A DNA stretch of 64,000 bases from Anthoceros angustus (taxonomy: Eukaryota > Plantae > Anthocerotophyta), in assembly GCA_010909165.1 (NCBI GenBank), contig MU008192.1, positions 186,001 to 250,000 on the forward strand, given 5' to 3'. The position numbers and the translations under genes were made by a program. Of the stretch, positions 12,300-24,393 are shown piece after piece (position 1 is the stretch's first letter; every line of letters begins with the position of its first letter). Below the pieces are notes generated by a model. The model saw only the letters and a list, made by a program, of their open reading frames with translations, did no database searches and was not told the DNA's origin.

Positions 12300-14069
12300 T
12301 CAGGTTTTGAAGTAGAAAGCAAGCACAGGATTCTGTAGATCATTCTCTAACGCAAAGCTCCGAGAACTGAAGAGATCCCTGTTCCTTGGTACAGCAGCCG
12401 ACGTGAGATGGTGCATCATCTTGTAGAGCAGAAAGACGTGACGATGCTGCCCCTGCCCCTGCCCCTGCCCCTGCCCCTGCCGCGGTGTTCTCCCGTCGTA
12501 AGGCAGTAACTCTTGCCCGAAAACATGCACAGGATCTGCAAGAGACAAGTCATCTGGCGTCTCAGACATGGTGCTTGTGCCACAGAGAAGCACAATGGGA
12601 TGGTGGGAGGAAAATAACCCATATCCAGTCGCTGAGAAGGGGTGGGCACGTTCTGCACGAGCCAGTGGAGATACTCTCTTCCAGCCACATGGTATTCCGA
12701 TGATGAATCCATGTTCACAAGCAACAAGAGGTACACGTCTTCAGGTGTAACAAGCCTGTCCTTGTGCAGTTGAATATGGGGAGTGGAGAGTATGTCCTCA
12801 GCTTGCAGGACATCCCCGTTGCTAATCTGCCTGTCATTGAATCGTACACCGAATTCGAGAAGAGAGTTCCACTCAACTCTGCAACCATTTGGATAAATAA
12901 ATGGACATTCGTCCAGATGTAGTGAAAAGTGATTTTGAAATGACCATGTCTTCTTAACAACGTCTAAATCTATGACCAAGACTATGAAAGCAAAACCTCT
13001 CGGGTGTTGAGAGTAGAAAAGGAAGGGAAACCTGTCCACAAGATCTGGAACAATTCTAGCCTGCTTCAGCGCTTCAACAGGATCCAGGAAATTCGTAGTT
13101 TGGCCCTCATGGCCGTCATCGGATTGGAATTTGTGTGAAGCTGCATGGCCACGTCCGGGCATAGGTAAAGATGATGCAATCCATATAGTGCATACTGTAA
13201 GCGGGCCAATTCAATTCGAGGTCACCGTAGTGAATTGCACTGGACATGTGTCTGGACGTTTGAAATGAGACGCCTAGCCCAAAGCTCAGCAGACTATGTA
13301 GTTGAATAGACGAACTTACGGCCCGAAGCTCCATCGTCAAGCTTCCTCTCAATGTCCTCACTGCCACGCTTGATCTGGGAGCTCAGAAGGCGTGCATCTG
13401 CTGCAGGAGGTTCCAAAGACTCGAGACGTTTCTGCACTGGCTCGTCTGGAGTCGAGTCAAGAAGCAATCAGCAACGGGCCGTCCTGACAAGGCAGTGTCA
13501 GCTAGTTTATAACATGCACATCATAAAGAACGAAGGCTTACCAAGCTTGGAGGCCACCTCTCCAGGAGCACCGACTCGGAAGGCTTCTCCAGTCCTAGGA
13601 TTGTAGTAACCCCCTGAAGGGCGCAAGCAGGGGTATGATAAGCCATCACACGACATTGAAGCATGGATTCCTCAGAGCTGCTGGTACGGATGGGACCTTA
13701 CACACCGAATCCAGGTGACACCTACCGATTTCAGGACCGTAAACAGCAGCCTCGGATTCAGCTCCTGGAAGCGGCATGCCCGGGCTCTGCTCCAAATCTT
13801 GGTCCCCCTGCACTTGAGATGACAGCACGTACCATGTCAGAACGGGCATACTACTGTACCATGCTGTACGCTGTGCTACTTATTAGTCTTGACGTCGAGG
13901 TGTATGAGCCTGGCAGCAACTGGCCTTTTCAACTTCTCACCGTTCCTCGGAGTTCCTGATACTTGTGAGTTGCCCTGCCGAAGTCAGAGTCCGCCAATTG
14001 CTCTGCAGAGTCGTCCGCCGTCTCCTCTGAGCTCCCAGGAGCTGGAATCTGAGCGGTAGTGCTGGCCAT
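12300..14069 (-). CDS. Divergent PEBP-domain protein with acidic N-terminal extension (multi-exon)
   Basis: C-terminal exons: DPVEALKQARIVPDLVDRF, GREYLHWLVQNVP, FGQELLPYDGRTPR(QG)nHRHVFLLY...FYFKT*. The first exon (MASTTAQIP...) and the start at 14069 are inferred. Confidence 0.75.
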
Positions 14070-14533
14070 GGCTGTTGTTGTGAGCAATCGCAATTCAGAT
14101 CAGAAGTCTGTCTTGACACACAAATGCTAGGCCAGGCCACTGGATCATACAACGTTGGCAACAGAGGCCGGACTTGTGTGCTGATGACAGTGTACAACAA
14201 TGCTGTTAGGTGCCAAAATTGTACAATCCGAGACTCGACTCAGCGCGTAACAGGCAAAGTGGCAAACATGCAGTGGCACGTGTAAGTGGCATGTGGCCGC
14301 GGGAGATACGTTTAGCTAACTAGATCCATGAGTTCGAACCTGGCCTCCGGGTTAAGGGTTCACAGTTTGTGGAGAATCCGGTTGTGATCCAGTTCCGGGA
14401 TGCAGGACGTAAACAAGTCCTGGCGGGAGCAGCATGAGTCGACTAGGGATGAAGGCCCCAGCTTGTGGATAGCTTTTGTGCTTGTGCAGGTCCTGAGTGA
14501 CACTGTTGATCGCCGGGCACACGTTGGGTAAAC

Positions 14534-14805
14534 ATGAGGCTGCTCAGCGTGGGGGGACTAGGGCACCAGCAGCAGGTTGTGAATCCAGTGCCGTCATCAA
14601 TCTGGTTGAGGCCGGTGCAGGTCAGGAGATGGAGGCACGCGGTTGTGAGGGTGGCAGGCTCTGGAGGGGAGAAGGAGGAGCAAGAATCATCATCGGAGGC
14701 TGCCAGTGTAAAGAGCAGCAAGGGCGATGCTAGGGTCAGTGCACCAGCAGCAGCAACAGGACCCGCTGTTGCTCCCTCCAAGTTCGGGAGTGGGGCTGGA
14801 TTTGG

Positions 14806-14838
<33 letters not shown>

Positions 14839-15254
14839 TCCCAAGGCCAAGCCCAGGGCCAAGAAGCAGGCAGCTTCTAGGCCTGGGTCTGTGCCGGTCA
14901 GGAGAGCTCCTCCCTCCCAACCTCTGCTGGGAGCCCAAGGGGACCTTCAATCCCAGCAGATTGAGACTGCTTATGTTGTTTCTCTAGGCTTTCTGGGAGT
15001 TCTCATCCTGTTAGAGGGCCTTGTGCTGGCTGCTTCAGGTACTAGTCAGTCTTCTTCATCCTTCTCCTTGTTCGTCCCATTTTGCGAGCCCTGCCCTGAT
15101 GATGCATGGCATGTGTGCGGTAGGATTGCTGCCGGAGGAATGGGACGAGTTCATCGTCAGGGTGCTGTACCCTTCCTACACACCCACCGTGGGACTGTTT
15201 CTTTTGGGAGGTGCTGCCTACGGCCTGTTCAAGTACTTCGGCATCAAGAAGTGA
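14534..15254 (+). CDS. LPA2: LOW PSII ACCUMULATION 2-like thylakoid protein (2 exons)
   Basis: Transit peptide followed by two TM segments: AYVVSLGFLGVLILLEGLVLAASG | LLPEEWDEFIVRVLYPSYTPTVGLFLLGGAAYGLFKY. Intron at about 15040-15123. Confidence 0.85.
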
Positions 15255-15359
15255 GAGCTTGGAATAATTCATGTCCATCTGAATACCTTTCCCTCCACTC
15301 CCCTAGTAGGGAAGAGGATACGAGACCCGGTTTGGTTTCAGACTACGGTGGAGTTCGCA

Positions 15360-16523
15360 CTAGGCATACACTTGCCTGATGTTCATGTTGATCCTCGTCT
15401 CCTTGATATAAGCCAGCAGGGAATCTGTAAGGCAATTCGGGGGGCTGAGAGAGGCAAAGTCAGGCAGGTCGGCCTCTTGCGGCTCTACAAACGTTCGGGG
15501 AACGGCGTGGAAGCAACGTCTCGTGGGGCCAGCCATGAGCACCACGTCCCCGCTGCGCAGGAACATGGCGATGGGAGCCTCGTCGCGGGTCTCACCGCCC
15601 AGCAGGAAGATGGCTTTGCATCCTAAGCTGATGCTCACGATGGGTTTGCTCAGATCCTCCTCCATGTCATCTATGTGGCCCCCGAGCATGTCGTCCGGCC
15701 CGTAGTAGTTCACGATTGCTGCTTGCGCCCGGAACCCACCATCATCTCCAGGTTCCCCAGCCGGCACGGCCAGCCTTGCTGCCAGGGCGGCCAGCTGGGG
15801 CGGGAGAGGGGCGTGCGGAAGCTCTGGGTCGTATCCTTTTCTCGACCAATCGAATTGCAGCCCGATGGTCGCCCACCGCAGCTTCCGCATTAGCGTCGGG
15901 GCGGACATCCTTCGAACACCATCGAGGACCTGTGATCTGGGGACAAATTTCCACTTGCTGTTGTTGCCATCGCTGTTGCTGTCGTTGCTGTTGCTGCTCT
16001 CAGCCAGCACAGTATCCTCCTGAGCTGCGCGCCATAGGTCCTCCACAGGCCCGTACAGGGCGTTGTGGTTGGTGCGGTTGGGAGGCTGAGGGAAGCTCCC
16101 CACGCATTGCTGCATCCAGAAGGCTTGCTGCTGCACATCCAGAGCCTCGGGGATGAAGAAGAAGCCGGGGCGGTCGTGCAGGGTATAAACCGGCCATTCG
16201 AATTCCTGGTGCAGTTGCACCTTGCTGTTGCTGTTGCTGTTGCTGCAAGGCCTCGTCTTCCGGAAATCCAAAACCTGTGACAAATCCACCTCAGGCACCT
16301 TGGTCCTGCAACCCAGCACCCACCACAACACATGAGCCTCCTGCTGCTGCTGCGGATGCTGTGAGCAACAAGATAAGGAAAGGAGGACGAAAAGACCCAC
16401 AAACCTGTGCTTGGCATTTCGGCGGGACTGCGTGGATTCCTTCTTGTACCGCTTGTACTGCTTCTCGGCTGTGCGAAAGGCGGTGCGGGCTTCCGCGCCC
16501 TCCTGCGCTTCCAGATAACCCAT
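15360..16523 (-). CDS. ALKBH1: AlkB homolog 1-type Fe(II)/2OG dioxygenase
   Basis: TAFRTAEKQYKRY N-terminal motif, LRWATIGLQFDW, HxD...H triad (GHIDDME...FHAVPR) and RINMNIRQV. One probable in-frame intron at about 16285-16400. Confidence 0.92.
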   Translation of the reverse strand: MGYLEAQEGAEARTAFRTAEKQYKRYKKESTQSRRNAKHRFVGLFVLLSLSCCSQHPQQQQEAHVLWWVLGCRTKVPEVDLSQVLDFRKTRPCSNSNSNSKVQLHQEFEWPVYTLHDRPGFFFIPEALDVQQQAFWMQQCVGSFPQPPNRTNHNALYGPVEDLWRAAQEDTVLAESSNSNDSNSDGNNSKWKFVPRSQVLDGVRRMSAPTLMRKLRWATIGLQFDWSRKGYDPELPHAPLPPQLAALAARLAVPAGEPGDDGGFRAQAAIVNYYGPDDMLGGHIDDMEEDLSKPIVSISLGCKAIFLLGGETRDEAPIAMFLRSGDVVLMAGPTRRCFHAVPRTFVEPQEADLPDFASLSPPNCLTDSLLAYIKETRINMNIRQVYA

Positions 16524-16624
16524 CTCTCACGCCTCGCCTGCTGCGCTTCCTTCCTTCCTACCTGCTCTCTCCCTCGCTCCGGCTGCCTGGATCAGGTGGG
16601 TAGTTGACAACTGCGTGGGTTTTA

Positions 16625-16638
16625 AAACCCTAAACCCT
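16625..16638 (+). promoter_or_regulatory. Tandem telo-box (AAACCCTAAACCCT) in a 143-bp divergent promoter
   Basis: Lies between the ALKBH1 start (16523, minus) and the next gene start (16667, plus). Confidence 0.55.
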
Positions 16639-16666
16639 GCCTGCTGGCAGGGCCAGAATTGGAAGG

Positions 16667-17987
16667 ATGGCTGCGCTCAGAATTCCGCTGCAGCAGCCTG
16701 AGCTTGCCGTCCAGGCACGGCAGAGGAGTGGTATGCTGTGCATCAAAGATTTCAGAGCTTCCACAAGCCTGTGGAGAGTTAGGAGGGAGGTTGGCTCGGG
16801 CGCGTCGCATGTTTTGCAGCTTGGCAAGCTCAGGGGTGGAGGGAGCTGGAGCTGGGGGAGGAGGACCTTGAAGAGCCAGCAGCAGCAGGTATACACACAT
16901 GGCAAGGACTTTTTATGACTGTGGAGCCTGCTGGAGGTTCTTGTGCATGCATGGTACGTGAGCCAGCTGCTGATGCCCATGAGCAGGAGCAGGTCGGAGT
17001 CGAGAGGCATGATTTCCACTCGCCAACCAGAGCGCTGGGAGCAAGTGCAAGTGGAGCAGGGGATGGCCTTGATGCAGAGGAGCAAGAAGAAGAAGACATG
17101 TGGGCCAATAGCTCTCTCCCACCCTTCTTCAAGAAGTACGCAAGGCCTCCCAGCAAGACCACCAACTGGGCTCTCGTTGCTGCCGGTAGGGAGACACAAA
17201 CACATACATTCCTGGGCAACACAGATTTTGTTGTTTGCAGCAGCAAGCAGCTAAGTGGTGTGCTATGGTGTGTTGTGCAGGAGTTGTGCTGGCTGTGGTG
17301 ATGAGGGAGACCATCGTTGCAGAGGTGGGCAGATGGATTGTGGGCTCGTTGGCCGCAGTGGACTACATGGGCCAAGCCCTGGCAGCTGCAGTGAGATGGA
17401 CAGTGGAGACAGCCGGGGAACCCCTGGCCATCCTGCTTACCATCTTGGGCTGGCTTGCCCTGGCACTGCAGGACGCCTACGCCTTCATCATAGACATGAC
17501 TCCCGTGGCTGCTCTCCTGTCCGCCTCCACCTGGGTGTCCGCTGTGCTGAGCGTGGGAGACGTGGTGCGTGCCACAGACGGCAGCAGCAGCAGTCCTGCG
17601 GTGTTCTCGGTAGCCGGGGTGAGCGGCCTGGCTGCAGTGCTGGGCTGGATCTCTCCCTCCGTCTATTTCCTGGTCTTGCTCTGCCTGGTGGCTTTCCAAC
17701 GGCTGGTGAGGCAGACGGACATGGTTGCAGCAGTGATGCCGGCAGCAGCTGCCTTGGCTGCCACCGGAGAACCTCTCGTCAAGATCCTTGCCTTCTCCTC
17801 TTTTCTGGCCCTGGCTGTGAGAAGCTACTACCGGCATGCCACACTCGTTGGAGTGGAAGGAGGGCCTAAGCCAGCGCTCAGCAGAGGGCAGCAGCCCTTT
17901 GTGCTGCTGCTGCTCATGAGCTCTGTCGGCATCAGTGTAGCAGTGAACGCTCTGAATGCTCGCCGAATCACATGGATCATAGGATGA
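16667..17987 (+). CDS. Uncharacterised, probably plastid-targeted multi-pass membrane protein (about 3 exons)
   Basis: Exon 1 resembles a transit peptide (MAALRIPLQQ...). Exon 2 is acidic (...PFFKKYARP...). Exon 3 (about 17281-17987) has several hydrophobic helices. GT-AG introns visible. Confidence 0.7.
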
Positions 17988-18141
17988 CGTGACAAGACAC
18001 AACCACCAAAGTTCCACCTTCTTGTTCCTTTGCTTCCTTCTTTCACGTGTCTTTCGCATGTGGACGAAGCCGCATCACAACCCAGTTCATGTGCCCATGT
18101 CAGGGGTCATCAGTGTACATATTGGACGATGAACCTGACAC

Positions 18142-18262
18142 CCAATCACAAGGTATCTGTAACATTTGGAAGGAGGTTCTGGAAGCGAGGAAGGTCTAGG
18201 AAGGGTGGTGCAAATGGCCACATTCATTTCATTAACACACGCAAGCAGCAGCAGCAGCAGCA
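18142..18262 (+). repeat. Shared ~110-120 bp upstream element, copy 1 (CCAAT-containing)
   Basis: Reverse-complement homologue of 31539-31645, with an identical 22-bp core ccttcctcgcttccagaacctc. Confidence 0.8.
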
Positions 18263-18315
18263 GTAGGAGCAGGAATAGAAGTAGGAAGCGGAGAGTGAGA
18301 GCCTCTTGACAGGCC

Positions 18316-19828
<1,513 letters not shown>

Positions 19829-19950
19829 AGCAAGCAAGTTAGCAGCTTCCTCAGCCTTGTATGTTACACACCATTTCCTCTTCCCATACAAAACATGAAC
19901 ACGAAAAGGACAACATTCTCTACCCTGCTGCAGCAGGGCAGCAACAACCT

Positions 19951-21320
19951 CTACTGTTCGATGTCCACCACAACCTTCCCCGTGGCGTGCCCGGATTCCA
20001 GATGTAGGAAAGCATCCACAGCCTCGGTGAAGGAGTAGGGGCAATTTTCGTCCAGCACAGGCCTCACTTTGCCTTCCTCCAGAAGAGGAGTAAGCCTGGC
20101 CAGCAGGTCGCCGTGGGATCTCACGAAGAAGTAGAAAAAACTGGGGGGCAGGTGGGTGAAATCCACCGTGGTAGCCCCGATGCCCGACACCGGTTTCAGC
20201 AATCGGTGAGCTCTGGAAGACTCCCCTGACACACACAGCCACAACACCCAACATGTATGTGTGTACTCATAGTACAACTTGCGATCATGTATAATGCAAT
20301 GCAACTGTTTTGTGCGCGTGCAGTATAAAGAGTGTTCTCCAGGGATGTTTTTGCATGCTGTCGTACCAACGGTGTCCAAGACGAAGTCGTACTTGTCCGG
20401 TTGCTCCCAGTAGTTTTGGGTGGTGTAATCCACGACTACATCGGCCCCGAGGCTCCTCACCAAGTCCATCTTGGAGGTGCTGGCAGTTGCACCCACTGTG
20501 GATGCTCCATACTTGTGCTTGGCAAGCTGCAAATCGAATTGACATGACAGCCAGCAGATGGCTCATCAGACAAGTTTGAATTATATTGTACAACAGTCTC
20601 AGACTGGTGGTGATGTGATGGCCATGGTATCCACTGCGATAGTGGAGTAGTCGAATCCACCACTGTACAGCCCATCTGGAGGCACGCACCTGGATGGCGA
20701 AGTGGCCAACTCCCCCAGTCCCACCCACCACGAAGAAGGAGTGGCCCGGCAGAAACTTGACCTTCTCGAACGCCTCCTGGGCCGTCAGGATGGCGAGCGG
20801 CAGAGCGGCAGATCTAGCGAAATCCAAATTGCTGGGTTTGGGAGCCACCAGCTTCTCCTCCACAGCCGTGTACTGGGCCAGCGTCCCGAACCTCTTGGGC
20901 TTCACGGTGGGGATCTCGTTGATGTCCGCATGCACTTCGTCTCCCACTTTGAAACGTCTCACGTGGGCTCCTGTCTTCACGATCACTCCTGCCATGTCGT
21001 AGCCCGGTACATGCTGCCATCACCACAAATTTTACACACCTTTGCAATTGCAATTTATGTGGGTTTGATGAAGGGTTGTTGAGAATTGGAAGGTAGGTGA
21101 AGGTAGCTAGTACTGGAAGGTGGGTGTCGTTGTCCTTGAAGTATCCCTGGCGACGCTTCCAGTCCACTTGATTGAGTGACGCAGCTTTCACCTTCACCAA
21201 CACCTGGTCTGCTGCGATGCCTGGCACCGGCACGTCGTCCTGCAACCTCAGCACATCCTTGGCAGCTCCGTAGCGATGGTAAATCCAGGCTTTCTGATGC
21301 GAGGGCAACAGATCGGCCAT
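19951..21320 (-). CDS. AOR-like oxidoreductase, copy 2, no transit peptide
   Basis: MADLLPSHQKAWIYHRYG, VKAASLNQVDWKRR, DMAGVI, ALPLAILTA, GGTGGVG and GHATGKVVVDIEQ*. Intron positions equivalent to copy 1. Confidence 0.9.
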
Positions 21321-22545
21321 CCCGAGCCGGCAGTATTGTGTCTAGACCGTTACAGAGCACACCTGAACAGATTCCAGATTATGTTGCCCACCCCGGTTCC
21401 GATCTCGGTCCCCGCCCACCAAACCTCACACTACATACACACGTATGCTGCCACATATCGGACATGTGCTTGAGCTCACTGCAGACTCAGCACTTCAGGA
21501 CTAGTGTCGGAAACTGCAGTGGACTCGTGATTGGCACACTTCGCAGGTGAAGTGTGGCCACATACTTTGAATTGCCATCCCACCGTTGACGCGCTTGCTA
21601 TTCCTGCTACCATTGAGCTGGGCGACTCACGGCCACGACACTCTGCTCCTCGTAACACTCCCGTTCGCTCACCACCTCTTCACGTTTTTCCTGTGCTTGC
21701 ATTATCCACTGGGTTATTAATGGTTCGGCACCTGCAAGAGGCGGAACATCCATTGCCCATAGTAGCCTAATCGTTATGGGCCAACCTGCCGATGCACGAG
21801 CAGCCTTGAAGAGCAGCATTCATGTTGTCGGTGGAGATCCATTGTTGGTTTGAGATCCTCGTTGATGTATAATCAGGCTACGATTCATGTCCCGATCTCT
21901 TGAGGAATCTTCAAGGAATCCCTCCTCAGCATGTGGTGTTATTTGTGACGGCGGAGCTTGCACACAGCTGGCGGCAAAAGCATCAGCCACACTAGGCACC
22001 CCAACCAGCAGACCTGAATCTTCCTTATCAGCAATCAGACCAAAGGAGCAATCAGCCCTTTCCTTCGGTCAGACTCACAAAAATCGGGACCCGTATCAGC
22101 AGGCACAGGCAAAAGAAGAGGTGACCGTCTTGCTGGTAGTATTGTTGCTGAGCCAGCTAATGAACGCATTGAATTCTCGCAGAAACCGCATGGCTCATAG
22201 GCTGAGTGGACAACACACACACAGCCCTTCCACCGGCTTCCTGTTTTGTTCTTTGCATGGAACAAGCCGCATCCCAACGGACTTCGTAAGTGGTAGCTAC
22301 AAGCGAAACTGGATTTCCTTAAAAGGGATGGGGAGTCACGGCAGCACTGGCAAGCTGCAGAAGGCCTGGCTTTACTCCCAATTGTGATAAAGCGAGGATT
22401 TTAGGTGATTGTATTTCGCTTAGATTGAATGTTGGTATGTAGCGTTATGTACAGACGCGTGTGCGTGAAACGTTGCGCCTAAGATCTGACAGTTTCATAC
22501 TGGAACGTTTGATATCTATGACCTTACGAACCCTCCCCTAAGGGC

Positions 22546-23361
22546 TGTTTAGGCAAAGCGAGGGTGTTATGCACAGCCAGACGCATCGGATAGCGTGCAT
22601 TCCAGGATATAGGACAGTTGATAAAGGAACGAAAGGTCCTTAGTGTGGGTGCCCCTTGGTACGCTGAAAACTGAGTATAAGAAGGGGTTCGAAATGAATT
22701 TTATAGAGGAGATACACTGGAGCCTTGCTCCTAGCCGCTTTTCTGTTACCATGAGAAATGTGCACTACAGTCCTGCTTGGCTTCGTTGTTGAGTATGACC
22801 AGTCAGATGATTGAGGAAGATTCAGCATCATCTCACGTTGTTCTAGCTCATGGCTGATGGCGATGGTGATGGCGATGGTGATGGTGATGGTGATGGTGAT
22901 GGCGATGGCGATGGTGATGGTGATGGTGATGGCGATGGCGATGGTGATGGCTGATGGCTGATGGCTGATGGCTGATGGCTGATGGCTGATGGCTGATGGC
23001 TGATGGCTGATGGCTGATGATTTCTTCTCTATTGTGGTGTGCCATGTGAATGTTATGCTTCTAGGCTGTTCCAACTCCTCCGGTGAAAGCAAGAAGACTG
23101 CTTTTCACCATCCGACGATACTAAGACTGCTTTTCACCATCTACGATACTGTTGTACTAAGCTCCGTTCCACTCAGGATGCAAATCTTGCAGGGCAAGTG
23201 CATATGAAGTGGTTGTAAATACACCACCTGACCACATATATACGAGTGTGAATCCTCCGAGTCATACCTATTTGTGAGCCGAGCATTCCCCCGCCTGTAC
23301 AAGTTCATAGCATATGTGATATACCACTCTTCTTCTTCACTCTTCTTCTCTCATTTCGATT
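22546..23361. mobile_element. 816-bp insertion (probable solo LTR) inside the LTR of element A
   Basis: Flanked by the AGGGC direct repeat at 22541-22545 and 23362-23366. Removing it restores ...ccctaagggctagagg... as in the other LTR. Begins TG. Confidence 0.75.
22848..23018. repeat. Compound microsatellite (GATGGY)n-(GATGGCT)n
   Basis: A run of GATGGT/GATGGC hexamers switches to about 10 GATGGCT heptamers. Confidence 0.95.
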
Positions 23362-23432
23362 AGGGCTAGAGGTTATGAATTTAACACTCTCACTTGACGT
23401 CTGATCCTTAGGATTTTTAGTCTTCTGGTGTT

Positions 23433-23546
23433 GCATTTCGTTACTTGCTTGTGATAGCTATAGGCTCCTAAGTCCCATCTCAGCTGCATGCATTTCGTTA
23501 GTTGCTTGTGATAGCTATAGGCTCCTAAGTCCCATCTCAGCTGCAT
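23433..23546. repeat. 57-bp tandem duplication
   Basis: gcatttcgtta(c/g)ttgcttgtgatagctataggctcctaagtcccatctcagctgcat occurs twice. Confidence 0.9.
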
Positions 23547-23800
23547 GTTGCTGGTGTTTGACGGAGGTAAGTGCTTTGGTTAGCAACTCACCCGTCATCA
23601 ATTCTATCGTTAAATATAAAACCTCAAATTTACCGTCTTCTACCAATTGTCCAATAAAGTGGAATTGAACCTCTATATGTGTTGTCAACGTAAAAACCTA
23701 GCACAATGAAATGGTCGCATGATCTCTTAATATAAATATTACTATCTTAATGTAGTCTGGTAAAACCTAAAGACTTAAGACTAACATCTAGTTTAAAATA

Positions 23801-24393
23801 TACCACCTTGCTCAACGGGGTTTTTGACCCGAAAGGATCAGGTTTCGGTGCTAATGTGGTTGTAACCGGTCTCACCCGAGAGAGTGTCTGCGAACATGTT
23901 ATTCTTAACCCTTCAGGTTGGGCGGCGGAGGGATGCGCGATGGCTAAGGTCCACAAGTACTCTCCTATGCAGGACGGCCACGCCTTCGTCCCCCTTGCCA
24001 TTGAGACTCACGGAGCCATGGGCAAGGATTTCTCTAGGTTCGTCAAGGCCTGCGCCAAGGCTTATCATAGCCGCAAGAATGGGGTTGGCCTCCCCCTTTC
24101 TTGTATTGTTGCTTTCTTCCTGCAGAGGGTTTCTATCTTTCTACAGAGGGCGTTGGCTTACGCAGTGTACAGAACGACAGCGAGCGCGGGAGATGCAGCT
24201 TCTTCGACACCGGTGGTAAGTAGGCCTTTTCACATTCCTGACCACGAAGTTCTTCGGGCGGTTGGTAGTTTTGAATTGCATGATCGTGGGGGCTAGTCCC
24301 CCTGGTATGGTGCCCTTCGTTGGGTTTTTCTCCCTTTGTTTTTGGGGTGGATGGGTTTTTTGCATCTCTTTTTTATGATAGTCTTCTTTTCCC
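23801..24393 (+). mobile_element. 5'-truncated non-LTR retrotransposon with restriction-like endonuclease C-terminus (CRE/R2-group-like)
   Basis: ORF contains AKVHKY...HAFVPLAIETHGAMG...FFLQRVSIFLQRA. Flanked by a 10-bp TSD GTTTAAAATA at 23791-23800 and 24394-24403. Interrupts the Copia RT at W-YFK-LD. Confidence 0.8.

Noticed and set aside
14300-14360. GAGTTCGAACC resembling a tRNA T-loop/B box
   Set aside because: No cloverleaf, A box or acceptor stem.
16830-18059. 409-aa minus-strand ORF
   Set aside because: Shadow of the plus-strand membrane protein gene; low-complexity His/Gln/Cys text typical of reverse frames.
22640-23092. His-rich and ISHQPSA-repeat ORFs
   Set aside because: Translations of a microsatellite inside a TE insertion.
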